From Clostridiales bacterium (lineage in GTDB: Bacteria; Bacillota; Clostridia; Clostridiales; Caloramatoraceae), in NCBI GenBank assembly GCA_026416355.1, contig JAOAFH010000090.1, positions 1 through 32,234 on the forward strand: 32,234 nucleotides of DNA. Direction: 5' to 3'. Position 1 is the first letter of the stretch; the number at the start of each line of letters is the position of its first letter. The notes beneath the pieces were generated by a model. That model was not told the DNA's origin, made no database searches, and saw only the letters and a list, made by a program, of their open reading frames with translations. Shown here piece after piece: positions 1-8,739 of the stretch. Made by a program: the position numbers and the translations under genes.

Positions 1-1698
1 ACTGTGGATATATCACATGGAAAGTACGAGAATGATGTAATTATAGATACACCTGGGGTATATGGAGTATCTTCATTTAATGATGAAGAAAGAGTTGCAA
101 GGGATGTAATATTATATGGAGATATAATATTAAACATAGTCGATGCTCTTCATCTTGAGAGGGATTTATTCCTTACTCTACAAATAATAGATATGGGCAA
201 ACCAGTGATTGTTGCCCTTAATATGATGGATGATGTTGAGAGAAATGGTATAAAGATAGATGTTAATAAATTAAGTGAACTTTTAGGAGTACCAGTTATA
301 CCTACAGTTGCAGTTAAAGGTAAAGGAATTAAAGAAGTTAAAAATAGCCTTCATAAGGCAACAGTAGGGAATGTTAATCCAAAAATAGTTAATTATTTAA
401 AAGACTATAAAGATAAAGTAGAATACCAAAGCGAAGCATTAATGGTGCTAGAGGATGATGAATCTATTCTTACAAAATTTAATTTATCACCATCTGGAAA
501 AAGAGAAGAGGTATATAGGTTAAGAAGAGAAAGAGTAGATGAAATTGTTGAAAAGGTTATAGTAAAGGATAGCAAAAGTTATGGTTTAAGACAAAAAATT
601 GGTGCAATGATGTTAAACCCAATTACAGGTATACCACTTTTACTTATAACACTATATATCATGTTTAAAGTAATAGGTGTTTGGGTAGCAGGAGATATAG
701 TTGGAATCACCGAAGAAACAATAATGGTTGGACATTATGAGCCTTTTATAAAAGGCCTAATATCAAAATTTGTAAATGAAAATACTGTTACGTATAGATT
801 TTTAGCTGGGGAGTTTGGTATATTAACACTAACTCCAACATATGTATTAGGGCTTTTAATGCCATTGGTTGTTGCTTTTTATTTCTTTATGTCACTTATG
901 GAGGACTCAGGTTATTTACCAAGAATTGCAGCACTAGTTGATAGAGTATTATCTTTCTTTGGTTTAAATGGTAGAGCCATTATACCTCTAATATTAGGTT
1001 TTGGTTGTATAACAATGGCAACGATAACAACAAGATTGCTTGGAACAAAGAGAGAAAAGGTAATAGCAACTATTCTTTTAGGATTTACAATACCATGTTC
1101 AGCTCAGTTAGGTGTAATTGCAGGTATGATAGCTCCACTTGGCGCAAAATATATGTTTATATATGTTATAACAATATTAATTGTCTTTGTGCTTACAGGA
1201 ACAATATTAAATAAAATGTTACCGGGAGAGTCATCTGAGTTATTTATAGATTTACCACCAATAAGAATGCCAAGGATAAGTAATGTACTTAAAAAGACTT
1301 GGACAAAAACATGGATGTTCTTAAAGGAAGCAGCACCATTGTTTGCTCTAGGTGCATTTATAATAACATTCTTAGAGGAAACCAATATACTTAATTATAT
1401 ACAAGATATATTTAAGCCTGTAACAGTAAATCTACTTAGATTACCAAAGGAAGCAGCCAATGCATTTATAATGGGAATAATAAGAAGAGACTTTGGTGCA
1501 GCAGGACTTACAGATATGGCGTTATCTCCTGCACAAACAGTAGTTGCATTAGTGACTATAACACTATTTGTTCCTTGTATAGCATCAATTATTGTTATTT
1601 TTAAGGAAAGGTCAAAAAAAGAAGCCATTGCTATTTGGTTAGGAAGTTTTATTTTAGCTTTCCTAGTAGGTGGTTTATTGGCATTTATGATTGTTTAA
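1..1698 (+). CDS. feoB: Ferrous iron transporter B, 5'-truncated by the window edge
   Basis: Frame 1 is open from base 1 (TVDISHG, tail of the G2 motif, so GTG at 4 is an internal Val). DTPG (G3), NMMD (G4), MEDSGYLPR, GFGC, IPCSAQ and LFVPCIAS membrane-domain motifs. Confidence 0.96.
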   Translation, partial: TVDISHGKYENDVIIDTPGVYGVSSFNDEERVARDVILYGDIILNIVDALHLERDLFLTLQIIDMGKPVIVALNMMDDVERNGIKIDVNKLSELLGVPVIPTVAVKGKGIKEVKNSLHKATVGNVNPKIVNYLKDYKDKVEYQSEALMVLEDDESILTKFNLSPSGKREEVYRLRRERVDEIVEKVIVKDSKSYGLRQKIGAMMLNPITGIPLLLITLYIMFKVIGVWVAGDIVGITEETIMVGHYEPFIKGLISKFVNENTVTYRFLAGEFGILTLTPTYVLGLLMPLVVAFYFFMSLMEDSGYLPRIAALVDRVLSFFGLNGRAIIPLILGFGCITMATITTRLLGTKREKVIATILLGFTIPCSAQLGVIAGMIAPLGAKYMFIYVITILIVFVLTGTILNKMLPGESSELFIDLPPIRMPRISNVLKKTWTKTWMFLKEAAPLFALGAFIITFLEETNILNYIQDIFKPVTVNLLRLPKEAANAFIMGIIRRDFGAAGLTDMALSPAQTVVALVTITLFVPCIASIIVIFKERSKKEAIAIWLGSFILAFLVGGLLAFMIV

Positions 1699-1711
1699 TG
1701 GAGATGATTAT

Positions 1712-1849
1712 ATGGAAACAAAATGTCCTACATGTGGACTTAAGGTAACTAATTCTACAATATGTCCAAGATGCAGAACAGAGCTTATGAATTGCTTAAA
1801 GTGCTCAGGTAACTGCTTAACTTGTAAACTAAAGAGTAAAAACAAATAA
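1712..1849 (+). CDS. 45-aa Cys-rich small protein with four CxxC motifs, FeoB-associated; absent from the ORF track
   Basis: Manual translation METKCPTCGLKVTNSTICPRCRTELMNCLKCSGNCLTCKLKSKNK*. RBS GGAG at 1700-1703, starts 13 nt after the feoB stop and ends at a strong hairpin. Confidence 0.85.
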   Translation: METKCPTCGLKVTNSTICPRCRTELMNCLKCSGNCLTCKLKSKNK

Positions 1850-1893
1850 GTAAACTTTAGGTGCAAAGCACCTAAAGTTTACTTATTTTATTT
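1844..1893 (+). terminator. Intrinsic, probably bidirectional, terminator of the feo unit
   Basis: Perfect 21-bp inverted repeat AAATAAGTAAACTTTAGGTGC-AAA-GCACCTAAAGTTTACTTATTT (1844-1864/1868-1888) with T-rich 3' flank and A-rich 5' flank. Confidence 0.85.
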
Positions 1894-1937
1894 GTATAAC
1901 AGAACATTGTTAAAATTGATTTTCAATTGCTTTTCAC

Positions 1938-1966
1938 TTGACAATAATTCAAATACAGTGTAAACT
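1938..1966 (+). promoter_or_regulatory. SigA-type promoter for fur
   Basis: TTGACA (1938-1943), 17 nt, TAAACT (1961-1966). Confidence 0.7.
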
Positions 1967-2001
1967 CAAATTAACATATATTAGAAACTGAGGTGCAATA
2001 T

Positions 2002-2457
2002 ATGGTGAGTAAAGATAATGCAGATAAATTGAAAATACAATTAAAAGGTCAAGGATATAAATTGACTCCACAGAGAAGAGCAGTTTTAGATGTTATAATT
2101 GAAAACGAGGGAAAGCATTTATCTTCTGAAGAAATATATGATATAGTTAAAGCAAACTGTCCTGATATAGGATTAGCTACAGTATATAGAACACTAAATC
2201 TTCTAGAAAAAATGGGTGTAATATGTAAAATGAATTTTGATGATGGATGTAATAGATATGAGCTTGTTCATGATGAAGAAGACCATCAACATCACCATTT
2301 AATTTGTAGAGGATGTGGAAAGGTAGAAGAAGTTGAAGATGATCTTTTAGATGTACTTGAACAAAAGATTGAAGAAAAATATCAATTCACTATAAAGGAT
2401 CATAGTGTTAAGTTCTACGGATATTGTAGCGAATGTATAGAAAAATCAAGGCAGTAA
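2002..2457 (+). CDS. fur: Fur-family metalloregulator
   Basis: LTPQRRAVL, GLATVYRTL, HQHHHLICRGCG and C-terminal GYCSEC. ATG 2002 preferred to GTG 1993 because RBS GAGGTG lies at 1990-1995. Confidence 0.92.
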   Translation: MVSKDNADKLKIQLKGQGYKLTPQRRAVLDVIIENEGKHLSSEEIYDIVKANCPDIGLATVYRTLNLLEKMGVICKMNFDDGCNRYELVHDEEDHQHHHLICRGCGKVEEVEDDLLDVLEQKIEEKYQFTIKDHSVKFYGYCSECIEKSRQ

Positions 2458-2472
2458 ATCTGCCTTTTTTTT
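2448..2472 (+). terminator. Intrinsic terminator after fur
   Basis: AAGGCAG-TAAAT-CTGCCTT followed by a T run. Confidence 0.75.
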
Positions 2473-2533
2473 AAACCTACAGTAATTATTTTTTACAAAT
2501 TGTAAAAAATAAAACAAAGATAGTTTTTAACTG

Positions 2534-2563
2534 TTGATTATATATATTTAAATAAAGTATAAT
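2534..2563 (+). promoter_or_regulatory. SigA-type promoter for rnj
   Basis: TTGATT (2534-2539), 18 nt, TATAAT (2558-2563). Confidence 0.55.
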
Positions 2564-2611
2564 AACTTTACTGGTAATGTGCGGATAGATTAATAAAAGG
2601 AGGGAAATTTT

Positions 2612-4276
2612 TTGGCAAGAAAAGAAAAAGTTAAAGTAATTCCATTAGGAGGAGTAAATGAAATCGGAAAAAATATGACCATAATAGAATATAAAAATGA
2701 AATAATAGTAATAGATTGTGGTCTAATGTTTCCAGAGGAAGAGATGTTTGGTATAGATATAGTTATACCAGATATTTCATACTTATTAAAAAATAAAGAA
2801 AAAGTTAAGGGAATAGTGTTAACTCATGGTCATGAAGACCATATTGGTGCGTTACCCTACATATTAAAACAATTAAATGTACCAGTATACGGTACAAGAT
2901 TAACTTTAGGTATTGTTGAAACAAAACTTAGAGAACACGGAATGTTAAATGACTGTACTTTACGAGTAGTAAGACATGGCGATTTTGTTGAATTTAGCAA
3001 CTTAAGTGTTGAATTTATTAAGAATAGCCATAGTATAGCGGATTCTTGTTCATTAGCAATACATACTCCAATGGGTATAATTTTGCATACAGGAGATTTT
3101 AAAGTAGACTATACACCAATTGATGGTGTAGTTATGGATTTTGCAAGACTTGCAGAACTTGGTAAAGAAGGAGTTGTACTATTACTTGCAGATAGTACAA
3201 ATGTTGAAAGACCTGGTTATACAATGTCTGAAAGGACAGTTGGTGAAACATTCCAAAAGATATTTAGTGAAACAAAAGGTAGAATAATAGTAGCTACATT
3301 TGCTTCAAATATTCATAGAATTCAACAAATTTTAGATGCAGCCTTTAAATATAAAAGAAAGGTTGCAGTATCAGGTAGAAGTATAGAGAATATAGTTGAA
3401 GTTGCTTCAACATTAGGATATTTAAAAATTCCTGATGAGTTATTTATTAGTATTGATGATATTAATAAATATCCAGACCACAGGATTGTTATAATCACAA
3501 CTGGAAGTCAAGGAGAGCCTATGTCAGCTCTTGCTAGAATGTCAGCTTCAGAACATAGAAAAGTAGAAATACAAAAAGGTGATTTAGTAATTATATCCGC
3601 AACACCAATACCTGGTAACGAAAAGTTTATTTCTAAAGTTATTAATCAATTATTTAAAAAGGGTGCTAATGTAGTATATGAGTCACTAGCTGATATACAT
3701 GTTTCAGGACACGCATGTCAAGAGGAGTTAAAACTTATACATACACTAATAAAACCTAAGTACTTTATGCCTGTTCATGGTGAGTTTAGACATTTAAAAC
3801 AACATGCATTGCTTGCACAAAAATTAGGAATGGAAGAAGCTAATATTTTTATTTCTGATATTGGTCAAGTTCTTGAAATAACTCATGACGGTGCAAAATT
3901 AAACGGTAATGTTACGGCTGGACAGGTGCTAGTTGATGGTTTAGGTGTTGGAGATGTTGGAAATATAGTGTTAAGAGATAGAAAACATTTATCACAAGAT
4001 GGTATCTTAACAGTTGTTGTTACTATAGAAAAAGAATCAGGTAAGGTTATTGCAGGTCCGGACATAATATCAAGAGGATTTGTATATGTTAGAGAGTCAG
4101 AGGATCTGATTGAAGAATGCAAAAAGATAGTTAAAAAATCACTTGATAACTGTCTGTCAAGACAAGTTACAGATTGGGCAACTATCAAGGCAAATATTAA
4201 AGACGAATTAAAGGGATATTTATATGAAAAGACTAAACGTAATCCAATGATTCTACCAATTATTATGGAAATATAA
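2612..4276 (+). CDS. rnj: Ribonuclease J
   Basis: PLGGVNEIGKNM, THGHEDHIG metallo-beta-lactamase motif, HTGDFK, TGSQGEPMSAL, HVSGH. TTG start with strong RBS AAGGAGGG. Confidence 0.97.
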   Translation: MARKEKVKVIPLGGVNEIGKNMTIIEYKNEIIVIDCGLMFPEEEMFGIDIVIPDISYLLKNKEKVKGIVLTHGHEDHIGALPYILKQLNVPVYGTRLTLGIVETKLREHGMLNDCTLRVVRHGDFVEFSNLSVEFIKNSHSIADSCSLAIHTPMGIILHTGDFKVDYTPIDGVVMDFARLAELGKEGVVLLLADSTNVERPGYTMSERTVGETFQKIFSETKGRIIVATFASNIHRIQQILDAAFKYKRKVAVSGRSIENIVEVASTLGYLKIPDELFISIDDINKYPDHRIVIITTGSQGEPMSALARMSASEHRKVEIQKGDLVIISATPIPGNEKFISKVINQLFKKGANVVYESLADIHVSGHACQEELKLIHTLIKPKYFMPVHGEFRHLKQHALLAQKLGMEEANIFISDIGQVLEITHDGAKLNGNVTAGQVLVDGLGVGDVGNIVLRDRKHLSQDGILTVVVTIEKESGKVIAGPDIISRGFVYVRESEDLIEECKKIVKKSLDNCLSRQVTDWATIKANIKDELKGYLYEKTKRNPMILPIIMEI

Positions 4277-4296
4277 GAATATGGGGGGTTACTAAA

Positions 4297-4641
4297 ATGA
4301 ATATCTATGATAAGGCACATGAACTTGCTAAACTTTTAAAAAATTCACCTGAAGTAGTAGATTACAAAAAAAGAGTAGAGTTATTAAAAGCAAATGAAAC
4401 AAATAAAAAAATAGTTGAAGACTTAAGAAAAAAAGAATTTGAAGTTTATTCAAAACAAATGCAAGGAATGCAAGTATCAAAGGAAGAAATGGATGCAATA
4501 ACTAATCTATATTCTATAATTCAACATAATACAGAGATTAGAGAGTATTTAGAAGCAGAACGTAGATTTTCAATACTATGGCAGGATATAATTAAAATAC
4601 TAGGTGACGCAGTTGATATAGACTTTAATGTTAATATGTAG
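4297..4641 (+). CDS. YlbF/YmcA (Com_YlbF) family protein
   Basis: MNIYDKAHELAKLLKNSPE start and YLEAERRFS..DI C-terminal pattern; 114 aa, helical. Confidence 0.8.
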   Translation: MNIYDKAHELAKLLKNSPEVVDYKKRVELLKANETNKKIVEDLRKKEFEVYSKQMQGMQVSKEEMDAITNLYSIIQHNTEIREYLEAERRFSILWQDIIKILGDAVDIDFNVNM

Positions 4642-4656
4642 TACGGAGGAATAAGA

Positions 4657-5127
4657 ATGAGAAATAAACCGACAATATATTATGTAAAAGCAGGTTTAAT
4701 AGCAGCAATATATGTCGTACTTACAATTTTCCTTGGAGAATTTGGATATGGACCATTACAATTTAGAGTATCAGAAGCACTAACTATACTACCATTATAC
4801 GAATTATCCGCAATACCAGGTTTGTTTATAGGTTGTTTTCTAGCTAATATTTTTGGTGGTTATGGCTTACCTGACATAGTTTTTGGAAGTTTAACAACAT
4901 TAGTTGCAGCTTACCTTACATCTAAAATGCCAAATAAATATTTAGCGGTGTTACCACCAATACTTTTAAATGCATTTATAATACCAATATGGGTTAGTAA
5001 AATGTCAAATACACCTTATTTGGTAACTGTTGGTCAAATTGGTTTTAGTGAATTTTTATCAGCAGGTATTTTAGGAGTAATATTAGCTTCTACTTATGAA
5101 GTTTTGACAAAAAAACGCATAGATTGA
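4657..5127 (+). CDS. queT: QueT-family queuosine-precursor ECF S-component
   Basis: IAAIYVVLT, YGPLQFRVSEAL, GLFIGCFLAN, DIVFGSLTT motifs; hydrophobic 156 aa. Confidence 0.85.
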   Translation: MRNKPTIYYVKAGLIAAIYVVLTIFLGEFGYGPLQFRVSEALTILPLYELSAIPGLFIGCFLANIFGGYGLPDIVFGSLTTLVAAYLTSKMPNKYLAVLPPILLNAFIIPIWVSKMSNTPYLVTVGQIGFSEFLSAGILGVILASTYEVLTKKRID

Positions 5128-5152
5128 CAAGTCTATTCATTTTGCGTAAAAT
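5124..5152 (+). promoter_or_regulatory. SigA-type promoter for typA
   Basis: TTGACA (5124-5129), 17 nt, TAAAAT (5147-5152). Confidence 0.7.
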
Positions 5153-5169
5153 AAATATGATTATTATAA

Positions 5170-5202
5170 AATAGGATATCTATGATATCCTATTATTTTT
5201 TT
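5170..5202 (+). terminator. Terminator-like hairpin between queT and typA
   Basis: AATAGGATATC-TAT-GATATCCTATT (11 bp) followed by ATTTTTTT. Confidence 0.65.
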
Positions 5203-5218
5203 GTTTGGAGGGACATAA

Positions 5219-7036
5219 ATGACAAATTCAAAAATTAGAAATGTGGCAATTATAGCCCATGTTGATCATGGAAAGACTACTTTAGTAGATGCAATGTTAA
5301 AGCAAAGTGGTATATTTAGAAGTAATGAAAGAATAGAAGAAAGAGTTATGGACTCAAATGATCTAGAAAAAGAAAGAGGAATAACTATTCTTGCTAAAAA
5401 CACTTCAGTATATTACAATGACATAAAGATAAATATATTTGATACTCCTGGACATGCTGATTTTGGTGGAGAAGTTGAAAGAGTTTTAAAAATGGTTGAC
5501 GGAGTATTGCTTCTAGTTGATGCATTTGAAGGTGTAATGCCTCAAACTAGATTTGTTTTAAAGAAAGCTCTTGAATTAAAACTTAAGCCTATTGTAGTTG
5601 TAAATAAAGTAGATAGACCAGATGCAAGACCAGTTGAAGTTGTAGATGAAGTTTTAGATTTATTTATTGAACTTGGAGCAGATGATGACCAACTTGAGTT
5701 CCCAGTTGTGTATTGCTCAGCAAAAGAAGGATTTGCTAAGTATACATTAGAAGATGAATCAAGCAATCTACAACCATTATTTGAGGCACTAATAGACAAT
5801 ATTCCAGGACCTGAGGGAGATGCTAATTTACCACTTCAGATGCTTGTTACAACTATTGACTCAAATGAATATGTTGGTAGAATAGGTATAGGTAAAATAT
5901 ATAGAGGAAACATAAAGAAAAATCAACAAGTTGCTGTAATTGATAAAGATGGTAATACAAGAAATGCAAAGATAGTTACATTATATACTTTTAATGGTTT
6001 AAAAAGAGAAGAAGTTGAAGAAGGAAATGTAGGTGATATTGTTGCAGTTGCAGGTATAAGTGATATAAATATCGGTGAAACAATATCAGACAATCAAGTA
6101 GTTGAAGCACTACCATTTGTGGAAATAGATGAACCAACTTTATCTATGACATTTAGTGTAAATGATAGCCCATTTGCAGGTAAAGAAGGAGAATTTGTAA
6201 CAACTAGACATTTAAGAGATAGATTATTTAAAGAATTAGAGACTAACGTTGCTTTAAGGGTTAAAGAAACTGATTCAACTGATTCATTTGAAGTATCAGG
6301 AAGAGGAGAACTGCATCTTTCAATTTTAATAGAAACTATGAGACGTGAAGGATATGAGTTCCAAGTTTCAAAGCCAATGGTTATATACAAAGAAATTGAT
6401 GGAGTATTACATGAGCCAATTGAATACCTGACTATAGATGTGCCTGAAGAATTTATGGGTGCTGTAATGGAGAAATTAGGTGTTAGAAGAGCAGAAATGG
6501 TTAATATGACATCTGCTATAAACGGTTATGTAAGACTAGAGTTTAAAATACCAGCAAGAGGATTAATTGGTTATAGAAATGAGTTTTTAACAGATACAAA
6601 GGGTAATGGTATATTAAATCACATATTCTACGGATATGAGCCATTTAAAGGGGATATACCTGAGAGAACTAGAGGAGCTCTAGTTGCCTTTGAAACTGGT
6701 GAAGCTGTAACATATGGCCTATTTAATGCACAAGAAAGAGGTATTTTATATATTACTCCAGGAACACCTGTTTACCAAGGTATGATTGTTGGAATGTGCT
6801 CAAGAAATGAAGATATTGATGTTAATGTATGTAAGAAAAAGCATGTTTCAAACATGAGAGCATCAGGTTCTGATGAAGCATTGAAGTTAACTCCACCGTT
6901 AGAATTGACTCTTGAAAAATGTATAGAGCTTATTTCATCAGATGAATTAGTTGAAGTAACACCTAAGAGCATTAGAATGAGAAAGAAAATATTAGACCCA
7001 ACAATTAGAAAAAGAGAAGCTGCTAAAAAGAAATAA
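5219..7036 (+). CDS. typA: Translational GTPase TypA/BipA
   Basis: [63 protein letters not shown]. Confidence 0.98.
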   Translation: MTNSKIRNVAIIAHVDHGKTTLVDAMLKQSGIFRSNERIEERVMDSNDLEKERGITILAKNTSVYYNDIKINIFDTPGHADFGGEVERVLKMVDGVLLLVDAFEGVMPQTRFVLKKALELKLKPIVVVNKVDRPDARPVEVVDEVLDLFIELGADDDQLEFPVVYCSAKEGFAKYTLEDESSNLQPLFEALIDNIPGPEGDANLPLQMLVTTIDSNEYVGRIGIGKIYRGNIKKNQQVAVIDKDGNTRNAKIVTLYTFNGLKREEVEEGNVGDIVAVAGISDINIGETISDNQVVEALPFVEIDEPTLSMTFSVNDSPFAGKEGEFVTTRHLRDRLFKELETNVALRVKETDSTDSFEVSGRGELHLSILIETMRREGYEFQVSKPMVIYKEIDGVLHEPIEYLTIDVPEEFMGAVMEKLGVRRAEMVNMTSAINGYVRLEFKIPARGLIGYRNEFLTDTKGNGILNHIFYGYEPFKGDIPERTRGALVAFETGEAVTYGLFNAQERGILYITPGTPVYQGMIVGMCSRNEDIDVNVCKKKHVSNMRASGSDEALKLTPPLELTLEKCIELISSDELVEVTPKSIRMRKKILDPTIRKREAAKKK

Positions 7037-7056
7037 TTTAAAGGAAGTGAGGGTTT

Positions 7057-8064
7057 ATGGGTAAACTAAAAGGTTTCATACTAACTTTCGTAGCATTTGC
7101 AGTTTTAGTTATAGGAGGTCTTTATTATGTGATTGCGACTCCTATTTCTAAAACAAATGAAAAGGGTGTTGATTTTAGGATTGGAACTAAAGCAGATGTT
7201 GATTTTGTAGCGTTAAATCTAAAGAAAAAAGGGCTGGTTAGAAGTTATTTAGTTACAAAGTATTATTTCCAACTAAAAAATATAAAACTTAATCCAGGAC
7301 CTTATGAATTTAAGCAAACAATGTCTGTAAAAGAAATATTTAATATGATAAATAGTGGGGAAACAGATAAAAATATTATAATGGTAACAATTCCTGAGGG
7401 GTTTACTGTTAAGCAAATAGCCAAAAAACTTTATAGTGCACAATTAATAAAAAGTGAAGAATCATTTATCAATGAAACTAATAACGGTAATTTTGATTAT
7501 GAGTTTTTAAAAGGGATAAAGAATAGGCCTTTTAGATTAGAAGGCTATCTTTTCCCTGATACATATGAGTTTAAAAGAGGTATGACTGAATATCAAATAA
7601 TAGATATAATGCTAAAAAGGTTTAATGATATATATATTTCAAAGATAAAAGGCAAAATAAATATAGAAAATATGGATGTAGATAAAATTATTACAATGGC
7701 ATCTATAGTTGAAAGAGAAGCAAAGGTTGAGTCTGAAAGAACTTTAGTTGCAGCAGTATTTTATAACAGACTTAAATCAAATATGAAGTTTGAATCCTGT
7801 GCTACAATTCAGTATATTTTAGGTACACCTAAAGAAGTATTATTATATGAAGATTTGAAAATTGAATCACCATATAATACTTACAAATATTTTGGATTAC
7901 CTGTAGGTCCTATTTGTAACCCAGGAGTAAAATCAATTGAAGCAGCTTTAAATCCTGCAAATGTAGATTTTTTATTCTTTGTTGTTGATAAGACTAAAAA
8001 TGATGGAAGTCATTTCTTTACAAAGGATTATAAAGAATTTTTAAAGTACAAAAGCAAACTCTAA
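7057..8064 (+). CDS. mltG: Endolytic transglycosylase MltG (YceG family)
   Basis: N-terminal TM helix, TIPEG, LEGYLFPDTY, ASIVEREA, SPYNTY, GLPVGPICNPG. Confidence 0.95.
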   Translation: MGKLKGFILTFVAFAVLVIGGLYYVIATPISKTNEKGVDFRIGTKADVDFVALNLKKKGLVRSYLVTKYYFQLKNIKLNPGPYEFKQTMSVKEIFNMINSGETDKNIIMVTIPEGFTVKQIAKKLYSAQLIKSEESFINETNNGNFDYEFLKGIKNRPFRLEGYLFPDTYEFKRGMTEYQIIDIMLKRFNDIYISKIKGKINIENMDVDKIITMASIVEREAKVESERTLVAAVFYNRLKSNMKFESCATIQYILGTPKEVLLYEDLKIESPYNTYKYFGLPVGPICNPGVKSIEAALNPANVDFLFFVVDKTKNDGSHFFTKDYKEFLKYKSKL

Positions 8065-8083
8065 TAATTAATTGGAGGCAAAT

Positions 8084-8737
8084 ATGAGCAATATAGCACA
8101 CGATCATGCAGAGGAATATATTAGAAGTTTAATAAAAGAACCAAATGATTTACAAAATGAGCTAAGAAAATATGCTGAGGAAAATAATGTCCCAATTGTT
8201 CACAAGGAAGTAGCCCAATTTTTAAGAGTTTTAATTAAGTCAAATAATATAAAAAGAATATTAGAGGTAGGGACTGCAATCGGGTATTCTTCCATATTAA
8301 TGGCCGAAGCTGCAGGTTCAGGGGCAAAAATTGTTACAATTGAAAGAGATGAAAATATGTATGATATAGCAATTGAAAATATAAAAAAAGCTGGATTAGA
8401 AGACAGAATAGAGGTAATAAAGGGAGATGCCCTTGATGTTCTTAATAACATCCAAGATACATTTGATATGATATTCATTGATGGTGCAAAGGGACACTAT
8501 AGTGAAATGCTAAAAATAGTTACTAAAATATTAAAAAAGAATGGAATTGTATTTTCAGATAATGTATTATTTAGAGGAATGGTTTGTTCAGATGAACTTC
8601 TTATCAGAAGAAAAATTACTATAGTAAAAAGGATGAGAAAATATCTAAAGGAACTTTCTGAATCAAACATTTTTGAAACTGTAATACTACCAGTTGGAGA
8701 TGGGGTGGCATTAAGCACCAAAATTAAGGAGGAATAA
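8084..8737 (+). CDS. trmR: O-methyltransferase, YrrM/TrmR-like (tRNA ho5U34 methylase)
   Basis: ILEVGTAIGYSS SAM-binding motif, FDMIFIDGAKG, DNVLFRG, VGDGV. Syntenic mltG-yrrM-U32-udk. ATG 8084 follows GGAGG at 8074-8078. Confidence 0.85.
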   Translation: MSNIAHDHAEEYIRSLIKEPNDLQNELRKYAEENNVPIVHKEVAQFLRVLIKSNNIKRILEVGTAIGYSSILMAEAAGSGAKIVTIERDENMYDIAIENIKKAGLEDRIEVIKGDALDVLNNIQDTFDMIFIDGAKGHYSEMLKIVTKILKKNGIVFSDNVLFRGMVCSDELLIRRKITIVKRMRKYLKELSESNIFETVILPVGDGVALSTKIKEE

Positions 8738-8739
8738 AG

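Noticed and set aside
4-6. GTG at 4 as the feoB start
   Set aside because: The G1 (GxxNxGKS) motif is missing and the frame is open to base 1, so the gene begins upstream of the window.
1892-1903. 12-mer TTGTATAACAGA shared with 32040-32051
   Set aside because: Exact 12-mer matches are expected by chance in 32 kb of AT-rich DNA, and the positions relative to promoters differ.
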